Shown in pieces: positions 1 through 8,139 of a DNA stretch of 45,403 nucleotides. The position numbers were made by a program, and so were the translations under genes. The notes under the pieces are model-generated. The model was not told the origin of the DNA, ran no database searches, and saw nothing but the letters and a program-made list of their open reading frames with translations. Position 1 is the stretch's first letter. Every line of letters starts with the position of its first letter. Source of the DNA: Candidatus Limnocylindrales bacterium (GTDB lineage Bacteria > Chloroflexota > Limnocylindria > Limnocylindrales > CSP1-4); the NCBI GenBank assembly GCA_046595595.1, contig JBKJOK010000194.1, positions 1 to 45,403 on the forward strand, written 5' to 3'.

Positions 1-300
1 CCCGCCGGCCTCGGGGGCGGTGACGAGCTCGACCCGGTCGCCCGACAGGACGAGACGCACGCCGCGACCTGCGAGCGCGACCTCGAGATCGCCGAGCCGG
101 TCGTCGACGGTCGCCCGGTCGACACCGGCGACGGTCGCGATCTCGCGCCGGGTCAGCGGCCGCTCGGCGACGAACAGGAGGGCCTCGAGCTGAGCCTCGG
201 ACAGCTGTTCCCCGGGCGGCGGCGTGTCGACATCACGCTCGATGTCGGCGGCGGCGTTGGCCGGCGCCTCCGCGGGCTGGGCGGAGCGTTCATCGATCAC
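1..300 (-). CDS. scpB: Segregation and condensation protein B (ScpB), N-terminal part; the gene runs off the left edge
   Basis: My reverse-strand translation from GTG 300-298 reads VIDERSAQPAEAPANAAADIERDVDTPPPGEQLSEAQLEALLFVAERPLTRREIATVAGVDRATVDDRLGDLEVALAGRGVRLVLSGDRVELVTAPEAG. LEALLFVAERPLTRREIA is the ScpB winged-helix signature. GTGA overlap with the scpA stop. Absent from the ORF track because it is truncated. Confidence 0.85.
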   Translation of the reverse strand, partial: MIDERSAQPAEAPANAAADIERDVDTPPPGEQLSEAQLEALLFVAERPLTRREIATVAGVDRATVDDRLGDLEVALAGRGVRLVLSGDRVELVTAPEAGG

Positions 301-1226
301 GCGAACGACTCCAGACTCTCGTCGAGCGGCTCGTCGAGCGGCTTGTCGGCCGGCACCGCAGTCGTCGGGCCGCTGACAGCGCGCTCATCGGCCGTCGTCG
401 CCCGGGCGACGATCGGCCCCCACGGCTCGGCCTGGCTGACGACGATCTCGCGCCGCTTCATCAGCTCGAGCAGCGCGAGGAACGTGATCGCGACGACGAC
501 CCGGTCGCGCACGCCCTCGAGCAGCTCCTGGAGGACGAACGTCCCGTGGCCGCGGATCGCGGCCCGAATGATCGCCGCTCGTTCGGTCAGGGTGATCGTC
601 CGGGCGACCGTCTCCGGCGGCAGGACCGGCGGCGGGGCGATCCGGGCCAGGCGATCGAGCGCCCGGATCAGGATCGCCGGATCGAGCGGTGGCCCATCGT
701 CGGGCCGAGCCCCGGCCGTGCCTGCGGCCGCCGCGGCGGTCGGCTCGCGCCGGAACAGCCCGACCCGGACGAGCGCGGTGTCGTACAACCGCCGGCCGGC
801 GTCGCGGTGGGCGCGGTACAGGAGCAGGCGGGCGCGCAGCTCGGCCTCGGGATCCGTGCCCTCGTCCGGCAGCTCGCCCGGCGCCTCGACGACCCGCCGC
901 GGCAGGATCGCCCGGCTCTTGATCAGGATCAGCTGGCTGGCGACCGCCACGAAGGCGCTGATGTTGCCGAGCCGGTCGTCCTCGAGGCCTGCGAGCGCGT
1001 CGAGGTAGGCGTCGGCGAGGGCGCCGAGCGGGACGCTGACGACGTCGAGCTGGCGGGCCTCGATCAGGGTCAGGAGAAGGGCCAGCGGGCCGTCGAAGGA
1101 CTCGATCCGGACGTTGGTCGCGGATTCGGGCCGGCGACCGGCACCGAACACCACTGCGGGCGCGGCCGAGCGGAGATCGACCGCGCCGAGGTCGCCGGGG
1201 CTCGCCAGCGCCGTCAGGCCGTCCAT
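297..1226 (-). CDS. scpA: Segregation and condensation protein A (ScpA, kleisin)
   Basis: ORF 297..1490 trimmed to ATG 1226 (MDGLTALASPGDLG). FDGPLALLLTLIEARQLDVVSVPLGALADAYL is typical ScpA. ATGA overlap with the upstream gene's stop, and scpB follows immediately. Confidence 0.9.
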   Translation of the reverse strand: MDGLTALASPGDLGAVDLRSAAPAVVFGAGRRPESATNVRIESFDGPLALLLTLIEARQLDVVSVPLGALADAYLDALAGLEDDRLGNISAFVAVASQLILIKSRAILPRRVVEAPGELPDEGTDPEAELRARLLLYRAHRDAGRRLYDTALVRVGLFRREPTAAAAAGTAGARPDDGPPLDPAILIRALDRLARIAPPPVLPPETVARTITLTERAAIIRAAIRGHGTFVLQELLEGVRDRVVVAITFLALLELMKRREIVVSQAEPWGPIVARATTADERAVSGPTTAVPADKPLDEPLDESLESFA

Positions 1227-1717
1227 CAGCTCGCCTCGTCGGCGAGCCGGAGCTGCTCGCCGGCCACCGGGTCGATCGGGTCGTCCTGGTGACGGATCAG
1301 CGCGACCGTCCGAGCGCTGCAGCCCGCGACCGCCGCGCGATCCGCCGACGCGTCGGCGTGGATCCGCAACCGCTCGAGCGCCGCCCGCCAGCCAGGCACG
1401 ACCCCGGCCACCCGCCAGATCCGCGTCGCGTAGCGCTGGCCCAGCGAATACGCGATCCGGGGCAGCACGCCCGTGTCGCCCTTCGCGCAATCGTGAAGCA
1501 GCCCCGCCATGAGGACCTCTCCATCGGTCACGCCTCCCGCCCGAAGGTGACCCACGACATCGAGCCCGTGCCGCCGGTCGGCGACGTGCATCGCGTCGAA
1601 CAGGCCGACCTGCGCCGGCGTCAGCCAGCCCGCCAGGTCACGGCGCTCGGACTCCGCGACGCGCGCTCGCAGGTGGCCGACGACCTGGCGGGACTTGTCA
1701 GCCCACCAGGACGCCAT
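1226..1717 (-). CDS. HD-domain metal-dependent phosphohydrolase
   Basis: 163 aa with an H..HD..D pattern (MHVADRRHGLDVV, GLLHDCAKGD). Stop overlaps the scpA start. Confidence 0.75.
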   Translation of the reverse strand: MASWWADKSRQVVGHLRARVAESERRDLAGWLTPAQVGLFDAMHVADRRHGLDVVGHLRAGGVTDGEVLMAGLLHDCAKGDTGVLPRIAYSLGQRYATRIWRVAGVVPGWRAALERLRIHADASADRAAVAGCSARTVALIRHQDDPIDPVAGEQLRLADEAS

Positions 1718-2351
1718 AGATCACGTCTGCGATCGGGAGCAGGACACGGCCGATGATCGACTGGCCGCCGAGCGGCAGGATCAGCAGGATGATCAGGAAG
1801 AACCCGTACTGCGCGAGAAACGGTCGGATCGACCAGGCAGTCCGCGGCGACAGGAGGGTGAGCATGATCGTGCCGCCGTCGAGGGGCGGGATCGGGATCA
1901 GGTTGAAGAGACCGAGCACGACGCTGTAGAGGACGATGAAGTGGAGGATGTTCGCGAGCTCCCGGTTGGCGAAGAACAGGTCCGGGCTCGACAGGAGCAG
2001 GCGAAGCGGGATCGCGAACAGCGCCGCGAGGAGCAGATTCGAGAGGGGTCCGGCCGCGGCCACGATCGCCTCGCCGTAGCGGCCGCGCAGGTTGCGCGGG
2101 TTGATCGGCGTCTGGGCGAACCCGAACGGGAACCCGGTCAGCAGGATCGAGATCACGAGCATCGAGCCGCCGAACTGGTCGAAGTGGGCGATCGGGTTGA
2201 GCGTCAGCCGGCCGAACAGCTTGGCGGTCGAGTCACCGAGGCGATACGCGGCCAGGGCGTGGGCGAACTCGTGGACCGGAAAGGACAGCAGGAGGAAGAA
2301 CGCGATCATGGCGATCGCGGCGACGGGGTTTTCCTGGACGAACACGCGCAA
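1698..2351 (-). CDS. Site-2 protease family (peptidase M50) membrane metalloprotease
   Basis: 217 aa, polytopic. HEFAHALAAYRLGD (HExxH) plus a distal NLIPIPPLDGG motif. Overlaps the HD gene by 20 nt. Confidence 0.85.
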   Translation of the reverse strand: MRVFVQENPVAAIAMIAFFLLLSFPVHEFAHALAAYRLGDSTAKLFGRLTLNPIAHFDQFGGSMLVISILLTGFPFGFAQTPINPRNLRGRYGEAIVAAAGPLSNLLLAALFAIPLRLLLSSPDLFFANRELANILHFIVLYSVVLGLFNLIPIPPLDGGTIMLTLLSPRTAWSIRPFLAQYGFFLIILLILPLGGQSIIGRVLLPIADVIYGVLVG

Positions 2352-2410
2352 TCCTTCGAAGTTGGGGACGGGTCGGGCGGGCTCGGCGAGCCTGGCGCCC
2401 TGGCCGAATG

Positions 2411-3157
2411 CTACAGGCGCCGGAGCAGGTCGGACTTCTTGGCCTCGTAGTCCTCGGCGCTGATCGCGCCGCGGTCGCGCAGGTCGGCGAGGTTGGCGAG
2501 GGTCCGGGTCACGTCGTCGGCCGACATCGAGGCCGGGGTCGGCGCGGGCGGTGTCGCCGCCGGCGCGGGCGCGGGGGTCGGGATCGGGGTCATCGCCGGT
2601 GCTCCGGTCCGGATCGCCGGGCCGGGCATCGGGCGGGCGCCCGACAGCTCCAGCTCGAGCTCGTGCTTGGCCTCGAGCATCGCCCGCTTGAAGTCGTCCG
2701 CCTGGCGGAGCATCCGGAGGCGCGAGATCCCGCTCTCGGACGCGGTCAGGATGTCGAGGTCGCCGAACCCGAACATCCGCCCGAACAGCGACTGGCTCAG
2801 GACCGCGTCGTTGATCTTCTCGAGCGAGCTGTCGACGACCCGCTTGTTGACCACGCCCTCCATCTGGAGGACCCGTCGGGTCGTGACCACGAACTCCTCG
2901 TTCTGCCAGCGCAGGACCTGCCAGCCGAAGTAGAGCAGGCCACCGATGACGAGGGCGAGGACCGCGTAGCCGATGACCTGGCGCAGCCCCTGGCCGCCCG
3001 CGTCGTTGGGAACGGCACCCGCCAGGATCAGCAGGGCCAGCGCAGCGAGCCAGGCGAAGATCGCGTAGCGGGCGTCGGCAACGACGACGAACCAGTGCTG
3101 GTGCTCGCGGCGGATCGGCTGCTCGCCGGACGCAAGCAGGTTGTCGAGATAGGCCAT
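2411..3157 (-). CDS. Membrane-flanked bacterial PH (YdbS/YdbT-like) domain protein with a C-terminal SHOCT domain
   Basis: ORF 2411..3265 trimmed to ATG 3157 (MAYLDNLL), with GGAGAA 12 nt upstream. Two TM helices, then WQNEEFVVTTRRVLQMEGVVNKRVVDSSLEKINDA (bPH_2-like). A Pro/Ala linker is followed by LADLRDRGAISAEDYEAKKSDLLRRL (SHOCT). Confidence 0.75.
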   Translation of the reverse strand: MAYLDNLLASGEQPIRREHQHWFVVVADARYAIFAWLAALALLILAGAVPNDAGGQGLRQVIGYAVLALVIGGLLYFGWQVLRWQNEEFVVTTRRVLQMEGVVNKRVVDSSLEKINDAVLSQSLFGRMFGFGDLDILTASESGISRLRMLRQADDFKRAMLEAKHELELELSGARPMPGPAIRTGAPAMTPIPTPAPAPAATPPAPTPASMSADDVTRTLANLADLRDRGAISAEDYEAKKSDLLRRL

Positions 3158-3176
3158 CGGCTGATCGTTCTCCCTC

Positions 3177-4091
3177 TCAGGCCCGCGGGTGGGCGCGTGC
3201 GTAGACCTCGCGAACCCGCTCCCCGGTGACGTGGGTGTACAGCTGGGTCGTGGAGATACTCGCATGACCGAGCAACTCCTGGACGATCCGCAGGTCGGCC
3301 CCGCCCTCGAGCAGGTGAGTCGCGAACGAGTGGCGGAGCGTGTGCGGGCTGACCGCTTCGGGCAGGGCGGCGGCGCGGGCGGCGGTCTTCACGATCGCGA
3401 ACGCCTGCTGGCGCGCCAGGCGGCCGCCGCGGTCGCCCAGGAACAGCGGTCCGCCGCGCACCGGCTCGACGTGCTGAAGGGCGAGCACTGCCGGCCGGCC
3501 CTCCGCGATCCAGCGGGCGAGCCAGTCGAGGGCGATGTCGCCGACGGGCACGAGCCGCTCCTTGTCGCCCTTGCCGATCACCCGCACGAAGCCGCCGTCG
3601 CTCGAGAAGTCCTCGCGATCAAGGCCGAGCGCCTCGCTGACTCGGAGCCCGGCCGCGTAGAGCAGCTCGAGCAGGGCACGGGCGCGCAGGTCCGGAGCGG
3701 CCTCGAGCAGCGCCTCGACCTCGGCGACGGTCAGGGTCTCGGGCAGAAGTCGGGGCTGGCGGGGCAGGTCGAGGTGGGCGGCGACGTCGCGCCCGATCAG
3801 GCCGTCGCCGAAGGCGAAGCGGTAGAAGCCCCGGATACTGGCCGCCCGGCGGCGGAGCGAGGTCGGGGCAAGGCCGGGCTCGTGGGGTCGGCCGCGCCTG
3901 GCTCGGGCCGCGAGATGGGCCCGGGCGGGCTCCGGACCGTCGGCCCAGCCCGTCGAGGCGCCGGGACCCGCGGCAAAGTCGGCGAGGTCGCCGCGATACG
4001 CCCGGATCGTGGCCGGAGCGAGCCCACGCTCGACCCGGAGATAGGTCAGGTAATCCTCGATCACCCGCTCGAGCGGGGGCGCGCCGCTCAT
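3177..4091 (-). CDS. xerD: Tyrosine site-specific recombinase XerD/XerC
   Basis: ORF trimmed to ATG 4091 (MSGAPPLERVIEDYLTYLRVERGLAPATIRAYRGDL). C-terminal catalytic pattern HTLRHSFATHLLEGGADLRIVQELLGHASISTTQLYTHV. The XerD versus XerC choice rests only on the neighbourhood. Confidence 0.85.
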   Translation of the reverse strand: MSGAPPLERVIEDYLTYLRVERGLAPATIRAYRGDLADFAAGPGASTGWADGPEPARAHLAARARRGRPHEPGLAPTSLRRRAASIRGFYRFAFGDGLIGRDVAAHLDLPRQPRLLPETLTVAEVEALLEAAPDLRARALLELLYAAGLRVSEALGLDREDFSSDGGFVRVIGKGDKERLVPVGDIALDWLARWIAEGRPAVLALQHVEPVRGGPLFLGDRGGRLARQQAFAIVKTAARAAALPEAVSPHTLRHSFATHLLEGGADLRIVQELLGHASISTTQLYTHVTGERVREVYARAHPRA

Positions 4092-4110
4092 CGGCGGGCT
4101 GGCCCGGCGC

Positions 4111-5904
4111 TCAGGTCCGGGTCCCCGCCGTCGACCGCCAGGCGGTCGCCCGGTCCAGCAGCTCGCGGGCGGATGCGATCGCCGCCCCGCTGCCCTCCCC
4201 AACCGCGTCGGCGCCGGCCAGCATCTGCCCGAGCTCGGCGATCCGGCCCTCCCGGTCCAGGCGGGTGACCTCGGTCACGGTTCGACCGCCGCGTTCGCGC
4301 TTCGTGATCTGGAAGTGCGCGTCGGCGTGGGCGGCGATCTGGGGCAGGTGGGTCACGCACAGGACCTGGTGGCCGCGGGCAAGGGTCCACAGGCTGCGCC
4401 CGACCGGATCTGCGCTCCGACCGCCAATCCCGGTGTCGATCTCGTCGAACACGAGGGTCGGCGTGTCGTCGACCTCGGCGAGGACCTCCTTGATCGCCAG
4501 GGCGATCCGGCTCAGCTCCCCGCCCGACGCGATCTTCGCCAGGGATCGCGCCGGCTCGCCGGCGTTCGGGGCGATCCGGAACACGACCTGGTCCAGCCCG
4601 GTCGTGTCGAACGCGACCGCGTCGCCGTCGATCTCGACCGCGGGCTCGTCGCGTCCGGCCGGTCGCCGCCCGAGCGCGACCTCGAAGACACCCGCCGGGA
4701 ACCCGAGCTGCTCGAGCACGAGCCCGACCGCGGCAGCCAGAGCCCGGGCAGCGATCGACCGCGCCGCCGACAGGTCCGAGCCGGCGACGGCCACCCGCTC
4801 CAGCAGACGGGCATCGTCGGCCTGGCGAGCCGCCCGCTCGTCGTCCACGCCTCGCAGCCGCTCCGCCTCGGCGGCCGCCTGTTCGCCGTGGGCGAGGACG
4901 GCGGCCTCATCGTCGCCGTAGCGCCGCTCGAGGCTGAAGATCGTCGACAGGCGCTCCTCGAGGCGGGCGAGCTCGGCCGGATCGTGGTCGATCGTCTCGG
5001 CCAGGTCGCGGACCGTGCTCGCGAGGTCGTCCAGCTCTGCCTCCAGGCCGGCGAGGCGCTCGGCGACATCCTCGAACCGTGCGTCAAGGCGGGCAAGGCC
5101 GCGCGCCTCGCGGACGGCGATCGCGGCGATCTCCCGGGCGCCGGTCTCGTCGCCGACGAGCGCCTCGGCCAGGGTCGCCCCGCCGCGGGCGATCGCCTCG
5201 CCGTGCTGAGCGGCCGCGAGCCGGGCCCGGATCTCCGCTGCCTCGCCGGGCTGGAGATTTGCTGCGGCGATCTCGTTTGTCTCGTGCTCGGCGAGCTCGA
5301 GCCGGCGGGTGAGCTCACGTGGATCCAGCTCGAGGGCCGCCAGCAGAGCCCGGTTGTCGCGCCAGCGTTCCACGGCAGCCGCGATCGTGGTCCGGAGCGC
5401 CGCGTGGCCGCCGAATGCGTCGAGCAGGTCGCGCTGCCAGCGCTCGTCGAGGAGCCGCTGCTGGTCGTGCTGGCCGTGGATCTCGACGAGGCCGCCGACC
5501 ATCTCGGCAAGGCGGGCGGCAGTCACGGCCTCGTCGTCGAGGCGGGCGGTCGAACGGCCGGTCGCCGACACCTCGCGGGCCGCGATCAGGGGCTCAGGCA
5601 GGCGGTCGAACAGGGCGGTGACCCGTGCCGTCTCCGCTCCGTGCCGGACGAGGGTCGTGTCTGCCCGGGCGCCGACAGCCAGGCCGAGAGCGTCGATCAG
5701 GAGGCTCTTGCCTGCCCCGGTCTCGCCGCTGAAGACGTTCAGGCCGGGCTCGAGCTCGAGCCGGAGACGCTCGATCAGGGCCAGGTCGGTGACGGTCAGC
5801 TCGAGCAGGCGGCCCGGCAGGCCGCTCGCCGCCAGGTCCAGCCCGTCCGCGGCGCCCGCAGCGCCCGTGGCGCTTGCCGGCTCGCGCTCCTCGGTCATCG
5901 CCAT
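4111..5904 (-). CDS. recN: DNA repair protein RecN
   Basis: ORF trimmed to ATG 5904 (MAMTEE), with GGAG 9 nt upstream. LLELTVTDLALIERLRLELEPGLNVFSGETGAGKSLLIDAL (Walker A). C-terminal ASGGELSRIALAIK and LVFDEIDTGIGG (SMC signature and Walker B). Confidence 0.93.
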   Translation of the reverse strand: MAMTEEREPASATGAAGAADGLDLAASGLPGRLLELTVTDLALIERLRLELEPGLNVFSGETGAGKSLLIDALGLAVGARADTTLVRHGAETARVTALFDRLPEPLIAAREVSATGRSTARLDDEAVTAARLAEMVGGLVEIHGQHDQQRLLDERWQRDLLDAFGGHAALRTTIAAAVERWRDNRALLAALELDPRELTRRLELAEHETNEIAAANLQPGEAAEIRARLAAAQHGEAIARGGATLAEALVGDETGAREIAAIAVREARGLARLDARFEDVAERLAGLEAELDDLASTVRDLAETIDHDPAELARLEERLSTIFSLERRYGDDEAAVLAHGEQAAAEAERLRGVDDERAARQADDARLLERVAVAGSDLSAARSIAARALAAAVGLVLEQLGFPAGVFEVALGRRPAGRDEPAVEIDGDAVAFDTTGLDQVVFRIAPNAGEPARSLAKIASGGELSRIALAIKEVLAEVDDTPTLVFDEIDTGIGGRSADPVGRSLWTLARGHQVLCVTHLPQIAAHADAHFQITKRERGGRTVTEVTRLDREGRIAELGQMLAGADAVGEGSGAAIASARELLDRATAWRSTAGTRT

Positions 5905-5917
5905 CGGGCCGCTCCGC

Positions 5918-6763
5918 TCACGACGGCAGGAGCTCGACCTTGCGCCGGAACAGGTCCCAGAACGGCTGGCTGCCGGCCGGCTCGACGAGCTGGATCGGCC
6001 GGGCGAGGGCCCGGACCTCGACCACATCGCCGACCGCGATCGGAACGTCCTCGCGGCCGTCGATCGACACGATCGCTTCCGTCGCGTCCACGACCCGGGC
6101 GCGGATCACCTGCTCGGGCCCGACCACCACGGATCGCAGGGTCGAGAGGTAGGCCGCGATCGGGGTGACGATCAGGTTCCGGCTGTCGGGCGCGACGATC
6201 GGGCCGCCGGCGCTGAACGAGTAGCCGGTGGAGCCGGTCGGACTCGAGACGACCAGGCCGTCGGCGATGAACGTCGCGAGGTGGGTCGGCCCGATCGCGA
6301 CGTCGAGCCGGACGACTCGAGCGAGCGCCCCGCGGGCGACGACGATGTCGTTGAGGGCATGATGAACGGTGGCCTCGGCGTCGCGACCGCCGGGCAGGAG
6401 GCGGGCCTCGAGGGCCATCCGGGCGTCGATCGTGAAGTCCCCGGCCTTCAGCTTCGCGAGCACGGCCTCGAGCTCGCCGGCCTCGACCTTCGAGAGGAAC
6501 CCGATCTTGCCGAGGTTGACGCCGAGCAGCGGGACATCCACCTGGATCACGGCCCGGGCCGCCCGGAGCAGGGTCCCGTCGCCGCCGAGCACGACCAGGA
6601 TGTCGGTGCTGGGCAGCTCGCGGCAGAGCCCGTCGAAGTCCTGGGCCTGGGCCGCCCAGTGCTCGATCCCGTGCATCCGGCACCAGCCGGCGGCCCGCTC
6701 GCGGAGCTCGACCGCGGCATCGTTGGTCGGGTTGTAGGCGAAGCCGATCCGCTGGACCGTCAC
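5918..6763 (-). CDS. nadK: NAD kinase
   Basis: 281 aa with ILVVLGGDGTLLRAAR (GGDG motif) and the NDIVV and SSPTGSTGYSFSAGGPIV motifs. GTG start overlaps the tlyA stop (GTGA). Confidence 0.92.
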   Translation of the reverse strand: MTVQRIGFAYNPTNDAAVELRERAAGWCRMHGIEHWAAQAQDFDGLCRELPSTDILVVLGGDGTLLRAARAVIQVDVPLLGVNLGKIGFLSKVEAGELEAVLAKLKAGDFTIDARMALEARLLPGGRDAEATVHHALNDIVVARGALARVVRLDVAIGPTHLATFIADGLVVSSPTGSTGYSFSAGGPIVAPDSRNLIVTPIAAYLSTLRSVVVGPEQVIRARVVDATEAIVSIDGREDVPIAVGDVVEVRALARPIQLVEPAGSQPFWDLFRRKVELLPS

Positions 6764-7638
6764 TCGGCACTCCCCCGCCCCAGCGCGACCGGCACGGCGG
6801 CGGCGTCGGGCGCGGCGGGCGACGGCATCGCGCTCGCCTCGCCGATCCGATCGCCGAGCTCCGCGCAGCTCGGGCCGGCCTGGAGATGGACGAAGAACTC
6901 GCGATTGCCCTCGGGTCCCAGAATCGGCGAGGCGATCACCGCCCGCGTCCCGAGTCCGAGCCCGGCCGCCGTGGCAGCGATCCGCTCGAGGACCGCCCGA
7001 TGGGCCGCGGGGTCGCGCACGACGCCGTGATCGGTCGCGCCCTTGCCGACCTCGAACTGGGGCTTGACGAGGGCGACGATCGGGGCACTGGGCCGGATCC
7101 GGAGCGTGGACGCAATCGGTCCCAGGACCAGGCCGAGCGAGATGAACGAGACATCGATGACCGCCAGCTCGATCGAGTCGTCGAGGGAGCCTGGAGTCAG
7201 CGACCGCACGTTGGTCCGATCGTGAACGACGACGCGGGGATCGCGGGCGACTCGGTCAGCGAGCTGGCCCCGACCGACGTCCACCGCGTGGACGCGCACC
7301 GCGCCACGCTGGAGGAGGACATCGCTGAAGCCGCCGGTCGACGCGCCGGCATCGAGGCAGACGAGTCCGGTCGGGTCGATCCCGAACGCGTCGAGGGCCG
7401 CGGCGAGCTTGTGTCCGCCGCGACTGACGTACGGATCGGACGCCACGAGGGCGATCACCAGATCGGGAGCGACGAGGTCGCCTGCTTTCCGGTCGAGCCT
7501 GGCGGCATCGCCGACCCCCGTCCGGACCTTGCCGGCGAGGATCAGGGCCTGGGCTCGGGCGCGGCTGTCGACGAGGCCGCGCTCGACGACGAGCTGGTCG
7601 AGGCGCTGGCGAAGCTGGCGGGCGGTGGCATGACTCAC
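6760..7638 (-). CDS. tlyA: TlyA-family rRNA 2'-O-methyltransferase (haemolysin A-like)
   Basis: ORF 6760..7881 trimmed to GTG 7638 (VSHATARQLRQRLDQLVVERGLVDSRARAQALILAGKV, an S4-like domain). FtsJ-type fold with CLDAGASTGGFSDVLLQRGA. The tlyA-nadK-recN gene order is conserved. Confidence 0.85.
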   Translation of the reverse strand: MSHATARQLRQRLDQLVVERGLVDSRARAQALILAGKVRTGVGDAARLDRKAGDLVAPDLVIALVASDPYVSRGGHKLAAALDAFGIDPTGLVCLDAGASTGGFSDVLLQRGAVRVHAVDVGRGQLADRVARDPRVVVHDRTNVRSLTPGSLDDSIELAVIDVSFISLGLVLGPIASTLRIRPSAPIVALVKPQFEVGKGATDHGVVRDPAAHRAVLERIAATAAGLGLGTRAVIASPILGPEGNREFFVHLQAGPSCAELGDRIGEASAMPSPAAPDAAAVPVALGRGSAE

Positions 7639-7735
7639 CGGGCTATCGTGGCACAGCCGCCTTCGCGGCGACTCATCCGCCCGCCGACGGAGTGCCCGGA
7701 CCCATGAACCACGACTCCTTCGCAGCCGTTCAACG

Positions 7736-8122
7736 ATGAGCCCCCGACCGATCAGCCTGATCCTCGCGGCCGGGCTGATGATCCTGATCGGCGTGTCCGG
7801 AATGGCCGCCGGCGGAGGATTGCTCGGCGTCGCGCTCAATGGCGGCTCCCCAGCGGACATCCGCCAGGTCGGGCTGGCCATGGGCTCGGTGATTGCCGGC
7901 TACGGCTTCATCGTTGTCCTGGCCGGCGTCGGACTCATCCTGTTCCGGCGCTGGGCGTGGCGGATCGGCCTGTTGACGATGCTGGTCGGGCTGGTGGCCC
8001 TGGCGGGCGCGATGGCCGGCGTGGGATCGCTCGACCCGATGCTGCTGCTCGGCGTCGTGTTGTGGGGCCTTGCGCTCGTCTGCCTGCTCGTGCCGTCGAC
8101 CCGGACCGCGCTGAACGGCTGA
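7736..8122 (+). CDS. Hypothetical small integral membrane protein (about 4 TM)
   Basis: 128 aa, strongly hydrophobic, GC-rich third codon positions. No family recognised. Confidence 0.6.
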   Translation: MSPRPISLILAAGLMILIGVSGMAAGGGLLGVALNGGSPADIRQVGLAMGSVIAGYGFIVVLAGVGLILFRRWAWRIGLLTMLVGLVALAGAMAGVGSLDPMLLLGVVLWGLALVCLLVPSTRTALNG

Positions 8123-8139
8123 TCCCTGCCGAGCGGCCC

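Noticed and set aside
4315-6168. Very long ORFs antisense to real genes (for example 4315..6168+, 5309..7030+, 8266..10230+, 14438..16555+, 21220..24534+, 25435..27774+, 28498..30858+, 30855..33533+, 35672..37468+, 43702..44889+)
   Set aside because: They are Arg/Gly/Pro/Asp-rich low-complexity translations, typical of the reverse strand of high-GC genes. Each lies opposite a gene with clear family motifs, and none has a recognisable domain.
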